Source: Eledone cirrhosa (lineage: Eukaryota). From it: a stretch of DNA of 64,000 bases. Made by a program: the position numbers and the translations under genes. Shown one piece after another: positions 42,223 to 55,195 of the stretch. The notes beneath the pieces were generated by a model. That model was not told where the DNA came from, searched no databases, and was given only the letters and a program-made list of their open reading frames with translations. The stretch covers positions 19,096,001 to 19,160,000 of the forward strand of contig OZ024757.1 in assembly GCA_964016885.1 (NCBI GenBank), written 5' to 3'. Each line of letters begins with the position of its first letter. Positions within the stretch are counted from its first letter, which is position 1.

Positions 42223-43632
42223 TTAATCGACCAGGTCATGAAGGTCACGGAAAAAGTAATAGCGCAACTAATCAGAGAGAGAATTGACCTAGATGAAATG
42301 CAGTTCGGGTTTGTGTCAGGCAAAAGTACCACAGACGCTCTTTTCATAGTACGACAACTACAGCAGAAGTACCTAGCTAAAGGTAAACCCCTCTACTTAG
42401 CTTTTGTCGACTTGGAGAAAGCCTTCGACAGAGTCCCCCGCTCCATTATCTGGTGGGCTCTTAGAAAACTAGGCGTTGACGAATGGCTTGTGAGGGCTAT
42501 ACAAGCCATGTATAAAGAAACAGTCAGCAAGGTTAGAATTAACAACGAATATAGTGAAGAGTTTAGCGTAAAAGTTGGCGTCCATCAGGGCTCTGTTCTC
42601 AGCCCACTACTATTTATTATTGCCCTTCAGGCTATAACAGAGGAGTTCAAGACAGGCTGCCCATGGGAACTCCTATACGCAGACGACCTGACACTCATAG
42701 CGGAATCAATGGCCGAGCTAGAGAAGAAATTCCAAACATGGAAGCACGGCCTAGAGTCAAAAGGACTTAAAATTAACCTGGCTAAGACCAAAGTACTAGT
42801 TTGTAGGAAAGAAAACAAGGCGGCGGTCCCTTCTGGGAAATGGTCGTGCTCGGTGTGTAGGAAAGGCGTAGGTAGAAACTCCATTTTATGTCCTAAATGC
42901 AAAGTATGGGTGCATAAAAGATGTAGTGGGATCACAGGTAAGCTAACTAAGAACATAGATTTTACATGTGGCCGGTGCTCTGGTGCAATAAGTAGCAGCA
43001 AGTGCCCACAAACTACTAGTTCTTTCAATTGCGCAGAGGGTTCTATAGAAATAGTGGACAGCTTCCGTTACCTGGGCGATAAAATCAGCAGTGGGGGAGG
43101 GTGCTCTGAAAGTACTGTAGCTAGAGTCAGAACTGGTTGGAAAAAGTTCAGAGAGCTTATACCACTATTAGCTGCTAAAGGGTTCTCACTAAAAATGAAA
43201 GGCAGGTTGTACGATGCCTGCATACGAACAGCAATGCTGCATGGCAGTGAGACCTGGGCATTGTGTGCAGAGGATATACGCAGACTAGAGAGGAACGAAG
43301 CTTGCATGCTCCGCTGGATGTGTAACAGTAATATACGTGAACGGCAAAGCATAAACGAACTAAGGAAAAAATTAGAGATAAGAGGGATCAGATGTTGTTT
43401 ACTCGAGAGAAGGCTACGTTGGTATGGACACGTGATGCGCATGAAAGTCGATAGCTGTATAACAAAGTGCAGGGCAATAAAGATAGACGGTAGTCACGGA
43501 ATAGGCAGACCTAGAAAAACCTGGGACGAGCTGATAAACTCCGACATCACACACTTACACCTCTCCAAGACAATGTCACTGGACCGAGACCTTTGGCGGT
43601 ACTCAGTAACAGAGAAGACCCGCCTTACCTAA
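42217..43632 (+). CDS. Partial RTE ORF (RT + PHD-like finger) with intact C-terminus ...[16 protein letters not shown]
   Basis: Real part of ORF 41863..43632; the upstream IY-rich portion is only microsatellite read-through. Confidence 0.9.
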
Positions 43633-44030
43633 ATATATAGTAAAACCTACTCCAGCCAGTAGGCATCTCTAACAAAATACACCCCGTCCCACCACCCCCG
43701 CCCCCACCCCATCCACACCACCCCGTTCTATGTAAAGTTATGTTGGTGCCGCGCCATCGAGGCCGAAACAAATGAGATCGTGTAGGTGTCACGACAAAAA
43801 AACACACAGTCCACGCTGTAATGTGGCCGTGTAGGCAACACGGTAAAAACCTCCCAGACCCACACTGTAAATGTGGTTGGTGTTAGGAAGGGCATCCAAC
43901 TGTAGAAAACCTGCCAGACAGTCCTATGCGAGCAAGACAATCACTCTTGCCTCAAGTGGGACTACCCCCGTCCAAACCCATGCAAGCGTGGAACACGGAC
44001 GTTAAACGTTGATGATGATGATGATGATGA
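42217..44030 (+). mobile_element. RTE-clade non-LTR retrotransposon, 5'-truncated copy 2
   Basis: Near-identical to 37379-39171; begins at ATTAAATTAATCGACC fused to a (TA)n/(TG) array; ends in (GAT)n. Confidence 0.95.
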
Positions 44031-44171
44031 TATATATATATGTGTATATATATATGTGTGTGTGTGTGTATTGGTATGGATAGGTATATGTTTTGCTGCA
44101 TGTATGTGTGTGGTGTTGTCTATCTACATATATACATATATGTGTGCTTGTGTGTTATGTCTATATGGATG

Positions 44172-44208
<37 letters not shown>

Positions 44209-44369
44209 TGTTGCCCTGTCTCTCTCTCTCTCTATATATATATATGTGTGTGTGTGTGTATGTTGTCCTCTCTCACTCTATATTTATATGTGTATATTGT
44301 CCTCTCTCTCTATATATATATATGTACATGTATGTGTTCTCTCTCTATATATGTGTGTGTGTGTATGTC

Positions 44370-44425
<56 letters not shown>

Positions 44426-44472
44426 ATGTTGTCCTCTCTCTCTATATATATATATGTGTGTTGTCCTCTCTA

Positions 44473-44519
<47 letters not shown>

Positions 44520-44649
44520 ATGTGTGTGTGTGTGTTTGTCATCCCAACATATGGATAATTTGCTGACAAAATAAAAGATGCCAAGAATAGCTGAAAAATA
44601 ATATTAGAGATTGTACGACATATTGGAACATAGCATTATAAACAGTCTG

Positions 44650-44704
<55 letters not shown>

Positions 44705-45416
44705 TGTATATATACTATATATATATTGGAACATAGCAATATAAATAGACTGTATATATATATATATATGTATATATACTGTATATATACTGGAACATAC
44801 CAATATAAACAGACTGTATATATATCATCATCATCATCATTTTACGTCCACTTTTCTCTGCTTGCAAGGGTGGGATGGGAACTGATTCTGGCTTGATTTC
44901 TACAGTTGGATGCCCTTCCTAACACCAACCTCATTTACAGTGAGTGCTGGGTGCTTTTTTGCCGTGGCACCTCCACGACCACTTTGCAGTGGAATGATAG
45001 GGACCCCAGTCTTTATCATCTCATTTCTACAGCTGAGTAAACTGGAGCAATGTGAAATAAAGTGTCTTGCTCAAGGAAACAACACATCACCCAGTCTGAG
45101 AATTGAACTCACAACCTTTCGATTGCAAGGCCAATGCTCTAACCACTAAGCCATGTGCCTTCATCATATATATATATATATGTGTGTGTCTGATGGTAGC
45201 TAAGATGCTTCCATAGGCGGTATGCCGGTTGAGTACTCTATGCTCTTACAGAGCAGAGTATGATATAATAGAAAATGAAAAATCAGTGATGCATCTGAAC
45301 TCAATTTATTGTGTGTTACAATTGTTTCCCCGGCGGATAGCTTGAGACGCGATCATTGTGTGGATCTGTCTGATTCTGGACCCGCAGGTTCGACGGACAT
45401 GTCTAATGATTTCGGA

Positions 45417-45477
<61 letters not shown>

Positions 45478-45872
45478 TATACTGAATCGTCAAGTATGAA
45501 AATTGTAGAAATTTGGTTGTTTTTTTTCTACAGATTTCATACTTGACGACCCAATATATATATATATATATATATATTAAAATAGGCTTCTACAGGACTA
45601 GAACTGTTTCATTCAGGAGAAATCACCCAAGGATAAAGCTATATATATATATGTTAAGGGTGAAAGCAGCGATTCTTTGCTTAAACTTTAATGTTATTTT
45701 AATAAATATATATATATTATATATATATTAAAGTGTTAAACAATATTCAATGATTATATCAAAGAATGAGTTTTACAATAGATTGGAAGCACTCTACGGC
45801 AAATTAATTTTCTGGAGTTATTAATATTAAAATATAAGTATTAATAAAATAGATGTTCTTTTGATCAATTAC

Positions 45873-45925
45873 ATTTTATTATACATATTTCGGATGTACA
45901 ACAGTACGTCCTCATCAGACAAAAT
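45873..45925 (-). ncRNA. Minimal type I hammerhead ribozyme, B-related family
   Basis: On minus strand: ATTTTGT CTGATGA GGACGTAC tgtt GTACATCC GAAA TATGTA TA ATAAAAT. Confidence 0.75.
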
Positions 45926-45983
45926 ATAATGATACATGACATACCCTGAGATGCTAAATCATTGAATATTATTTAACACTTTA

Positions 45984-46019
<36 letters not shown>

Positions 46020-46024
46020 GTATA

Positions 46025-46290
46025 TGTGGCCTAGTGGTAAGGGTGTTGGACTTACGATCATAATGTCGTGGGCTCGATTCCTGGGTTGCATGTTGTGTTC
46101 TTCAGCAAGACACTTCATTTCACGTTGCTCCAGTATACTCAGCTGGAAAAGAGTGCCAGCTGGAGGTTTAACCCTGCGATGCACTGGCGTCCTGTCCAGG
46201 GGGGAGTCTTCTACTCTGTCGCTTCACGCCATGAAACCGGGATAAGCACCGGCCAAATGAACCTTCAGGGTTAAGACAGACTTTAGACTT
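46025..46290 (+). mobile_element. tRNA-derived SINE family 3 (MetaSINE-like central domain)
   Basis: tRNA-like head, then CCCTGCGATG.ACTGGCGTCCTGTCCAGGGGG...GTCGCTTCACGCCATGAAACCGG; partial copy at 54915-55100. Superfamily assignment is from memory. Confidence 0.6.
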
Positions 46291-46449
46291 TTTTTAGTAT
46301 ATATATATATATATATATATATATTCGTATTTATATGTATATATATGTATTTATATATTATAATATACCAATATAAACAACCTCTATACATTAGATACTT
46401 CTCTGTCTATGTGTATATAGACAAACAGGATATGTGTAGATATTTCTAC

Positions 46450-47092
46450 AGTTGTCGTCTTTCATGCGCATCACATGACGTTGGTATAGTCACGTGATGC
46501 GCATGAAAGACGACAGCTTTATAAAAAAAGTGCAGGGCGATAAAAATAGACGGTAGCCACGGAGTAGGCAGACCCAGAAAAACCTGAGACGACTTGATAA
46601 ATTCCGACCTCACACACTTACACCTCTCCAAGACAATGTCACTGGACCGAGATCTTTGGCGCTACATAGTAATACAGAAGACCTGCCTTGCCTAAGTACA
46701 AAGCGAAACCTACAGTCAGTAGGCACCTCTAACAAAAATACACCCCGGCCCCACTATCCCCACCCCATCCACACCACCCCTTTCAATGTAAAGTTATGTT
46801 GGTACCACAAACTCCAGTCCTAAACAAATGAGGTCGTGTAGGTGTCACGACAAAAAAATAACGCATAGTCCACGCTGTAATGTGGCCGTGTAGGTAACAC
46901 GGTAAAAACCTCCCAGTTCCACACTGTAAACGTGGTTGGTGTTAGGAAGGACATCCAGCCGTAGAAAACCCGCCAGACAGTCCTATACGAGCAGGACAAC
47001 CAATCTTGCCTCAAGTGGGAAAACTCCCGTCCAAACCCATGCAAGCGTGGAAGATGGATGTTAAACGATGATGATGGTGATGATGATGATGA
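46450..47092 (+). mobile_element. Diverged RTE 3' fragment with 5' fold-back
   Basis: Homologous to 43418-44030 (WYSHVMRMK...GRPRKT* with internal stop), same UTR and (GAT)n tail; 30-bp inverted copy at its 5' junction. Confidence 0.85.
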
Positions 47093-47224
47093 TTTCTATA
47101 ATATATGTATGTATATATATATATATATATATATTCACACACATACACATCTATTCTTTTGAAATTTGTTTATGTGTATCTGTCTGTCTATAGATAAAGG
47201 TTATATATAAATATATATATATAT

Positions 47225-47256
<32 letters not shown>

Positions 47257-47425
47257 CGTTTCTGAATTTGTTTAGCAAGATTCTTTATCTGAAATCGTGT
47301 GTTGAAACCGATATTGTTATACTTTGGGATGTGGCGCATGCGCAAACTGAGCACACAACACACACACACAGAAACAAAATGGCGTAGGACAGAGGAAAGG
47401 CACAGAAACAAAGAAAGGAATCCCC

Positions 47426-47470
47426 AGTCACTGAATAGGTCACAGAGTGTGTGACGAAAGGACTATGACT
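47426..47470 (+). ncRNA. Hammerhead ribozyme, family I (core mutated in this copy)
   Basis: AGTCA CTGAATA G GTCACA gagtg TGTGAC GAAA GGAC TA TGACT. The copy at 29255-29300(-) has intact CTGAAGA; a similar motif lies at 55550-55591(+): CTGATGA T GTTGCA gatg TGCAAC GAAA GAAC TT. Confidence 0.6.
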
Positions 47471-48179
47471 ATATATAAACAACTATCTGGTTGAGGAACC
47501 AACCAACCAACCAGAAATTTATAAGTTTGTAGATTTGTAAATTTATAAATTTATAAATATATAATAAATTGAAGTGAAAGCAACTGGTGCGTGTGTTTCT
47601 TATTGGCAACATGACCCTCCCAAAGTATAACAATATATATATATATATATACACATATATATGTGTGTGTGTGTGTGTGTGTATTTCTGTGATCACCATA
47701 TCAGAAGTCCGACGAGCTTTTGATTTCAGAGTCGAGCCAGATCAATATAGATCGAACCTTCAGCTGATCAATAGCGAAATGTGTGGCACTACTCAATAAA
47801 TGTAATAAAAACATGACAAATTGTCCTTTTTATTATTAATATATATATATGTGTGTGTGTATGTATGTATATATCATCATCATCATCAGTCCCTTGACTT
47901 CTGTAGTTGGCGGGGGAGATCTGAATACAGAAGCAGCATACATTCAAAATGGTCTGTCAGTGGTTTGTTGTTTATTTCGCTGTTTTCTATTTTCTTCCCT
48001 TTTCCCTTCTATTTACCTTCCCTCCCTCCTCCGTTTTCCCAATAACTTACCCAGTTATTGAATGCTCTGGGCGGTAGATATATTGTCTTTAAAGCATTGA
48101 AATATCCGAGACCCTCAGTAGACAACTGATGAGGACCCCCCCCCCCCCCTTCTTGCTTTCTTCTTATTCTCATTCCATT

Positions 48180-49391
48180 TTAACCCTTTATCATTTACAT
48201 TACTCTATATATACTATTATGTTTTCATGGTAAAGGCTTTACCTCACATAACATTCACATTACTCTATATATACTATTATATTTTCATGGTAAAGGCTTT
48301 ACCTCACATAATATCTCACATAACATTTACATTACTCTATATATACTATTATATTTTAATGGTAAAGGCTTTACCTCACATAATATCTCACATAACATTC
48401 ACATTACTCTATATATACTATTATATTTTAATGGTAAAGGCTTTACCTCACATAATATCTCACATAACATTCACATTACTCTATATATACTATTATATTT
48501 TCATGGTAAAGGCTTTACCTCACATAATATCTCACATAACATTCACATTACTCTATATATACTATTATATTTTCATGGTAAAGGCTTTACCTCACATAAT
48601 ATCTCACATAACATTTACATTACTCTATATATACTATTATATTTTAATGGTAAAGGCTTTACCTTACATAATATCTCACATAACATTCACATTACTCTAT
48701 ATATACTATTATATTTTCATGGTAAAGGCTTTACCTCACATAATATCTCACATAACATTTACATTACTCTATATATACTATTATATTTTAATGGTAAAGG
48801 CTTTACCTCACATAATATCTCACATAACATTCACATTACTCTATATATACTATTATATTTTCATGGTAAAGGCTTTACCTCACATAATATCTCACATAAC
48901 ATTTACATTACTCTATATATACTATTATATTTTAATGGTAAAGGCTTTACCTCACATAATATCTCACATAACATTCACATTACTCTATATATACTATTAT
49001 ATTTTCATGGTAAAGGCTTTACCTCACATAATATCTCACATAACATTTACATTACTCTATATATACTATTATATTTTAATGCTAAAGGCTTTACCTCACA
49101 TAATATCTCACATAACATTCACATTACTCTATATATACTATTATATTTTCATGGTAAAGGCTTTACCTCACATAACATTCACATTACTCTATATATACTA
49201 TTATATTTTCATGGTAAAGGCTTTACCTCACATAATTATCTCACATAATATCGAATCTATGAGATTTTGAAAGTATTTATTTTGAAAACAATACCTTAAC
49301 ATCAGTTTGAGCGACCAGTTTCAGCCAGTTTCAACAGAAAGTGGTAGCGAATTCTGGCCGGTTTTGGCCGGTTTGAACACTAAAGGGTTAA
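48180..49391 (+). mobile_element. piggyBac-like MITE expanded by a 72-bp internal tandem array
   Basis: TTAA CCCTTTA...TAAAGGG TTAA termini; unit marker G(G/C)TAAAGGCT occurs 15 times (48229-49213), mostly 72 bp apart. Confidence 0.8.
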
Positions 49392-49458
49392 GCTACCTTA
49401 ACTAGCAACTACACAACCAATCCTATTCCCCATATATTTTATCGCGTATATATGTATA

Positions 49459-49937
49459 TCATCATCATCATCATCATCACCGTTTTACGTCCGTTCTTCC
49501 ATGTTAGCATGGGTTAGACTTGTTGTCCTGTTGTGGGCAGTGTCCAGTCGGCTGACCTTATCTTGCTCATACGGGAACTGATTCTGGCTTGATTTCTGCA
49601 GCTGGATGCCCTTCCTAACACCAACCTCATTTACAGTGAGTGAGTGCTGGGTGCTTTTTTACGTGGCACCTACATGTCCCCTTTACAGCGTGGGCTGGGT
49701 GCTTTTTTTGCCGTGACACCTCCACGACCACTTTGCAGTGGGAGAGGGTGGGGGCATATTGTCTATATGCTTCAGCTTCAGCTTGTACCGGTGGGGTGTC
49801 GGGTCTTCTGTATTACTGCGTGACGCCAGAGGTCACGGTCGTGTGTCATCGCCTTTGAGAGGTGTAATTGGGTAAGGTCGGCTTTTATCACCTCATCCAA
49901 GGTCTTCTTGGGTCTCTCCACTCAGCGGTTTCCATCG
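49459..49937 (-). mobile_element. RTE subfamily 3' fragment (same family as 21490-22072)
   Basis: Reverse-complement match to 21490-22072 with fewer internal repeats; (CAT)n on + strand. Confidence 0.8.
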
Positions 49938-50449
49938 ACTTATATATGTGGGTGTGTGGAAAAAATATATATTTATATAGTTATATATCCGGGAGCTTTC
50001 AACCGACATGGTCGCATTCTTTAAGGGTGTGTCAATATCTGTTTATAAAACTGATCTATATTATATTTTATCTGATGAAAGCACACCATGATTTGCTTTG
50101 GTGTCCTTGAAATATGTATAATGAAATAAATATGGTTTTATAAATATAGTTTCCATTTGTTAATATATTGTATATAGTTATATATATATTTATATATCTT
50201 GATAAGCTTAAAGCCCCGTGGATATTGCAACAATTAGACATTTTCACAAAGTACGAGCGAAACTGTCAACAGACTGGACTAGAAGAAGATTGGTAACATT
50301 TATCTATTATTTCTTCAAACTTACATTTTAAACTTAGCTCCGTTTAAATGATTATTTATCTACTTAATTTCTGTGGACTAAGAAGAAAAATTAGGTAAAT
50401 TTTAACTGACTGTTCTTCAAACTTATAATTTTATATATATATATATATA

Positions 50450-51104
50450 TATTAGAATGATCGAGTATCGAAAAATCGGCGCACGAGTTCACGATAAACA
50501 AAATTCGAAATGAGCGGCAGAGGGCTCAATGATTCAGATAAATCAGAGCTATAACTATCGTTAAAATACCGTCACACATAGAACAAGTCTAAAATCAACC
50601 GTACGATAAAAAAATCGATAATAGAAGATTCGGGACAATCAGATAAAAAATATCAATAAATCAATAAATCAATAGTTTAAATGAATGTAAAATCATACCC
50701 GGACCCACTAGAAAGGTGTTAAATCTAGCTTCTTGGGTTTCTGTAAATCCTTAGACTGTACTCTATCAGCTCACATATAAATATATAAGACTTCTAGAAT
50801 AAGCGGACTGGATATACTTCTTCAACGAGCTTCGTCCTAACGGAAAAGAGGCTAACCACAAGCAAAAAACGCACATGGATTTCGGCAAGGGCGATAACCT
50901 CTACATCCGCGAAAACTATTCAAGGAAATGTGGAAATACACATATCGAATAAAAGTGCTCAATAGACATGTTAAAATAAAACAGGAGCTATTCATCACTC
51001 AATAGAATCAACAAAAAATGAGCAATAAAATTAACTGGTGGATAGCTATGTCCAGAGCTAAAAATATTAGAATGATCGAGTATCGAAAAATCGGCGCACG
51101 AGTT
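50450..51104. mobile_element. Unclassified ~615-bp unit with 40-bp terminal redundancy in (TA)n
   Basis: TATTAGAATGATCGAGTATCGAAAAA(A)TCGGCGCACGAGTT at both 50450 and 51065; TA tracts on both sides; no credible ORF. Confidence 0.5.
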
Positions 51105-51254
51105 ATATATATAAAGAATGAATAATAACAGGTAGACATCATAAAAAGGTAATTTATTCCGTGTGCTTACAAGTGTTTCCTCGGTGGTACTGCAGCCTAG
51201 TTATGCTACGTGCAAATTCACAAGTACTTGCAGAATTCAAATATTTTACCATTC

Positions 51255-51366
51255 TGCTCTGAGGAAACAGTGGTCACAGCATTGGATATTTGAGTTCTGC
51301 AAGTACTTGTGAATTTGCACGTAGCATAACTAGGCTGCAGTACCACCGTGGAAACACTTGTAAGCA
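51255..51366 (+). ncRNA. Hammerhead-like motif with ~85-nt stem II domain, family J
   Basis: TGCT CTGAGGA A ACAGTGGT...ACCACCGT G GAAA CACTTG TA AGCA; related motif at 20574-20695(-). Confidence 0.55.
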
Positions 51367-51558
51367 CACGGAATAAATTACCTTTTTATGATGTCTACCT
51401 GTTATTATTCATTCTTTATATACACTCCGGAATACTGAAGGATCAGGAACTAAGTTTCTTCAACAATTCTTCCATAACTCGTAGAGTAACCTCTTACCGT
51501 ACGTCAACCATATCCAGTGTAGTAATTAACCATTACTACATCTTGGATAATCCTATAC

Positions 51559-51609
<51 letters not shown>

Positions 51610-51808
51610 AAAATTTCGCTCTACATGGCTGAATACAATAAATATAATCTGAGTTTTTCAAATATTAATAATAACATTCGATTCGCATGCCAACACAAGA
51701 GCAAGAATGAAGGGTTCATTCTACTGACATGGCTATAAAATTGAGGCTTGTTTGCATAATTGCAAACGAATCGAATGTTATTATTAATATTCGAAAAACT
51801 CAGATTAC

Positions 51809-51844
<36 letters not shown>

Positions 51845-52129
51845 CAAAGAAATTTGGGTAAGAAACCAGGTGGACCAAAACGCACCAGAGTACTCGATAC
51901 TTAGGGTAGAAGAGTGGGGCCCCAACTCTTTTCCTATACATATATATATATATCACTTTGTTGTTTTATTCGGTGGTTTGCATATTGTGTTGCAAGAGAT
52001 TTTCTCTATTAGCTGTAGTTCGAAAGAATCACTCGACAATCTGAAGGAGAAAATCACGACAAATGTTTCAACTGAAACTCTGTCTTACTTGAAAGGTCTT
52101 TTGTTCCCAACTGAGACCAGCCCCTGGCT

Positions 52130-52459
52130 GGATATGGCTGGTATGAACAGAAAGAGGTGAGAGAATTCTGGCCAGATATGGCCAGTTTGAACAGAAAGAG
52201 GTGAGAGAATTCTGGCCAGATATGGCCGGTTTGAACAGAAAGAGGTGAGAGAATTCTGGCCAGATATGGCCGGTTTGAATAGAAAGAGGTCAGAGAATTC
52301 TGGCCGGTTACAGCTAGTTTGAACAGAAAGAGGTGAGAGAATTCTGGCTGGTTTGAACAGAAAGCGGTGAGAGAATTCTGGCCAGATATGGCCGGCTTGA
52401 ACAGAAAGAGGTGAGAGAATTCTGGCCAGTTACGGCCAGTTTGAATGCCAAAGGGTTAA
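52130..52459. repeat. 44-bp tandem repeat from the right end of the TTAA MITE
   Basis: GAACAGAAAGAGGTGAGAGAATTCTGGCCAGATATGGCCGGTTT about 6-7 times, ending AAAGGGTTAA. Confidence 0.85.
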
Positions 52460-54148
52460 ACAAATCAATAAGATGTGACCTAAATATAAAGATTAGTAAT
52501 TAATCAAAAAGATGTTAAGCATTATTGATGAGTCAACGAAAGGTATGTCAGAAAAGAATTACAGTTAGGGTTTCCATCATTGACATTTAATCTGTTGTTC
52601 AGCTATTAAGTTTGGTGTTTGTCACAGATTTCTTGGCATGCTTAATTGATTAAGATGGTATCTGTGACAGTGTGTGTGTGTGGGGCGGGGGGTAATGATG
52701 AAGGTGATTGTGACAGTAGAGTGATGTTGGGGGGTGGGGGGGTGACTGTGGTGATGGTGACAGTAATTGGGGTGATGGTGGAGATGGTGGTGGGGGTAAT
52801 ACTAGTGCTGTGGGTAGGGTGGTGGTGGTGATGGTTGTGGTGGTGGTGGTTACTGTGATGATGTCGATGGTGACAATGGTAGTGGTGGTGAAGATGTTTA
52901 TTACTGTGATGGTGTCGGTGGGGACAGTAGTGGTGGTGGTGATGGTGATGGTGGTGGTGGTGATAGTAGTGGTGATGGTGGGAATGGTAGTGATGGTGGT
53001 GGTGGTGGTGGTGGTGGCTGCGGTAGCGATGGTGGTGGTGGTGGTAGTGATGGTGGTGGTTGTGGTGGCAATGGTAGCGGTGTAGGTGGTGGTGGTGGTG
53101 GCAATGGTAGCGGTGTAGGTGGTGGTGGTGGTAGCAATGGTAGTGATGATGGTGGTTGTGGTGGCGGTGGTGGTGGTGGCAATGGTAGTGATGGTGGTGG
53201 TTGTGGTGGCAATGGTGGCGGTGGTGGTGGTGGTGGTGGTGGCAATGGTAGTGATGGTGGTGGTTGTGGTGGCAATGGTGGCGGTGGTGGTGGTGGTGGT
53301 GGCAATGGTAGCGGTGTAGGTGGTGGTTGTGGTGGCAATTGTAGTGATGGTGGTGGTGGCAATGGTAGCGGTGTAGGTGGTGGTTGTGGTGGCAATGGTA
53401 GTGATGGTGGTGGTGGCAATGGTAGCGGTGTAGGTGGTGGTGGTGGTGGCAATGGTAGTGATGGTGGTGGTTGTGGTGGCAATGGTGGCGGTGGTGGTGG
53501 TGGTGGTGGCAATGGTAGCGGTGTAGGTGGTGGTTGTGGTGGCAATTGTAGTGATGGTGGTGGTTGTGGTGGTGGTGGTGGCAATGGTAGCGGTGTAGGT
53601 GGTGGTGGTGGTGGTGGCAATGGTAGCGATGGTGGTGGTTGTGGTGGCAATGGTAGCGGTGGTGGTGGTTGTGGTGGTGGCAATGGTAGCGATGGTGGTG
53701 GTGGTGGCAATGGTAGCGGTGGTGGTGGTTGTGGTGGTGGCAATGGTAGCGATAGTGGTGGTGGTGGCAATGGTAGCGATGGTGGTGGTGGTGGCAATGG
53801 TAGTGATGGTGGTAATGGTGGCACTGGTAGCGTTGGTGACTCTAAACAACTGGAAATGTTTACCATGCTTCACTGCTTAGTTGTTGCTGTCACCTGTCTT
53901 ACCTGACACTCTAATTGTCTGCCTAGCATGGCACACTGCACTAAATGGATTCTTATAACAAATTACAGTTCACCTCTCCCACCACCACCACCCTCAACCC
54001 CCTGCTGTCTCTCTTTCACTGTCCTATTATCTTTTTTATCTCTCTCTCTCCCTCTCTCTCTCCCTCCCTCTCTCTAGCTATCTATATATCTCTCTGTCTC
54101 TATCTGTCTCTCCCTCTCTATATATATGTATATCCCACTCTCGCCCCC

Positions 54149-54224
<76 letters not shown>

Positions 54225-54354
54225 GATGATTTCTCACGAATGAAACAGTTCTAGACCTGTAGAAGCTCTTCTATATTAAAACTTTTATATTCTGCTATGT
54301 ATTGAGTACCTTACTTACTGTGGTTACCTCCGATTCAACCCGGAATAACTTACC

Positions 54355-54405
<51 letters not shown>

Positions 54406-54417
54406 GTATACATATAC

Positions 54418-54489
<72 letters not shown>

Positions 54490-55141
54490 TGTGCTGAATA
54501 GGACCCGTCCCACTCTTGCAAGCAGGGAAAAGTGGACGTAAAATGATGATGATGATGATGATGATATCTGTCTGCCCTCTATCTATCTGTCTCTCTTCAC
54601 TATGATATCTACATACCACACACGTCTCGACATGTGTGGTATGTAGATATCTGTTTCTTTTTTTTCTGTTCTTTTCTTCTTTTTCTTCTATTTCTTTCCG
54701 TTTTCTATTTCCGGTTTTGATCTGCCCGAACATCGTCAACCTAATAACTATAATTGTTTACATTGTCATCATTCTCCCCTGCCCCCTCCTCTCCTCCTCC
54801 CCCTCTCCTCTCCTCCTCCCCCTCCATATATGAATTTTCAAAGTGGAATCAAGCCTGATATATAATACATACAATGAAACACGTGTAAGTGTTACTATTC
54901 CCAATCTTCTCGATTGCTCCAGTATACTCAGCTGAAGATGAGTACCAGCAATAACTGGGGGTTTAACCTTGCGATGGACTGGCGTCCTGTCCAGAGGGGG
55001 GGGGGGGAGTGTTGTACTTTTACTCTCAGTCGCTTCACGCCATGAAACCGGAATAAGCACCAGCCAAATGAGCCTTCTGGCTTAAGACAGGCTTTAGATT
55101 TATATGTGTATATATATATATACATATATGTAGATATATGC

Positions 55142-55195
<54 letters not shown>

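Noticed and set aside
48227-49270. 347-aa ORF with a 24-aa repeat
   Set aside because: 72-bp array inside a TTAA MITE; frame preservation is incidental.
52524-52548. Hammerhead-like TTGATGAGTCAACGAAAG (also CTGATGAG at 48127 and 6034)
   Set aside because: Core C missing, or no properly placed GAAA and stems; compatible with chance or heavy decay.
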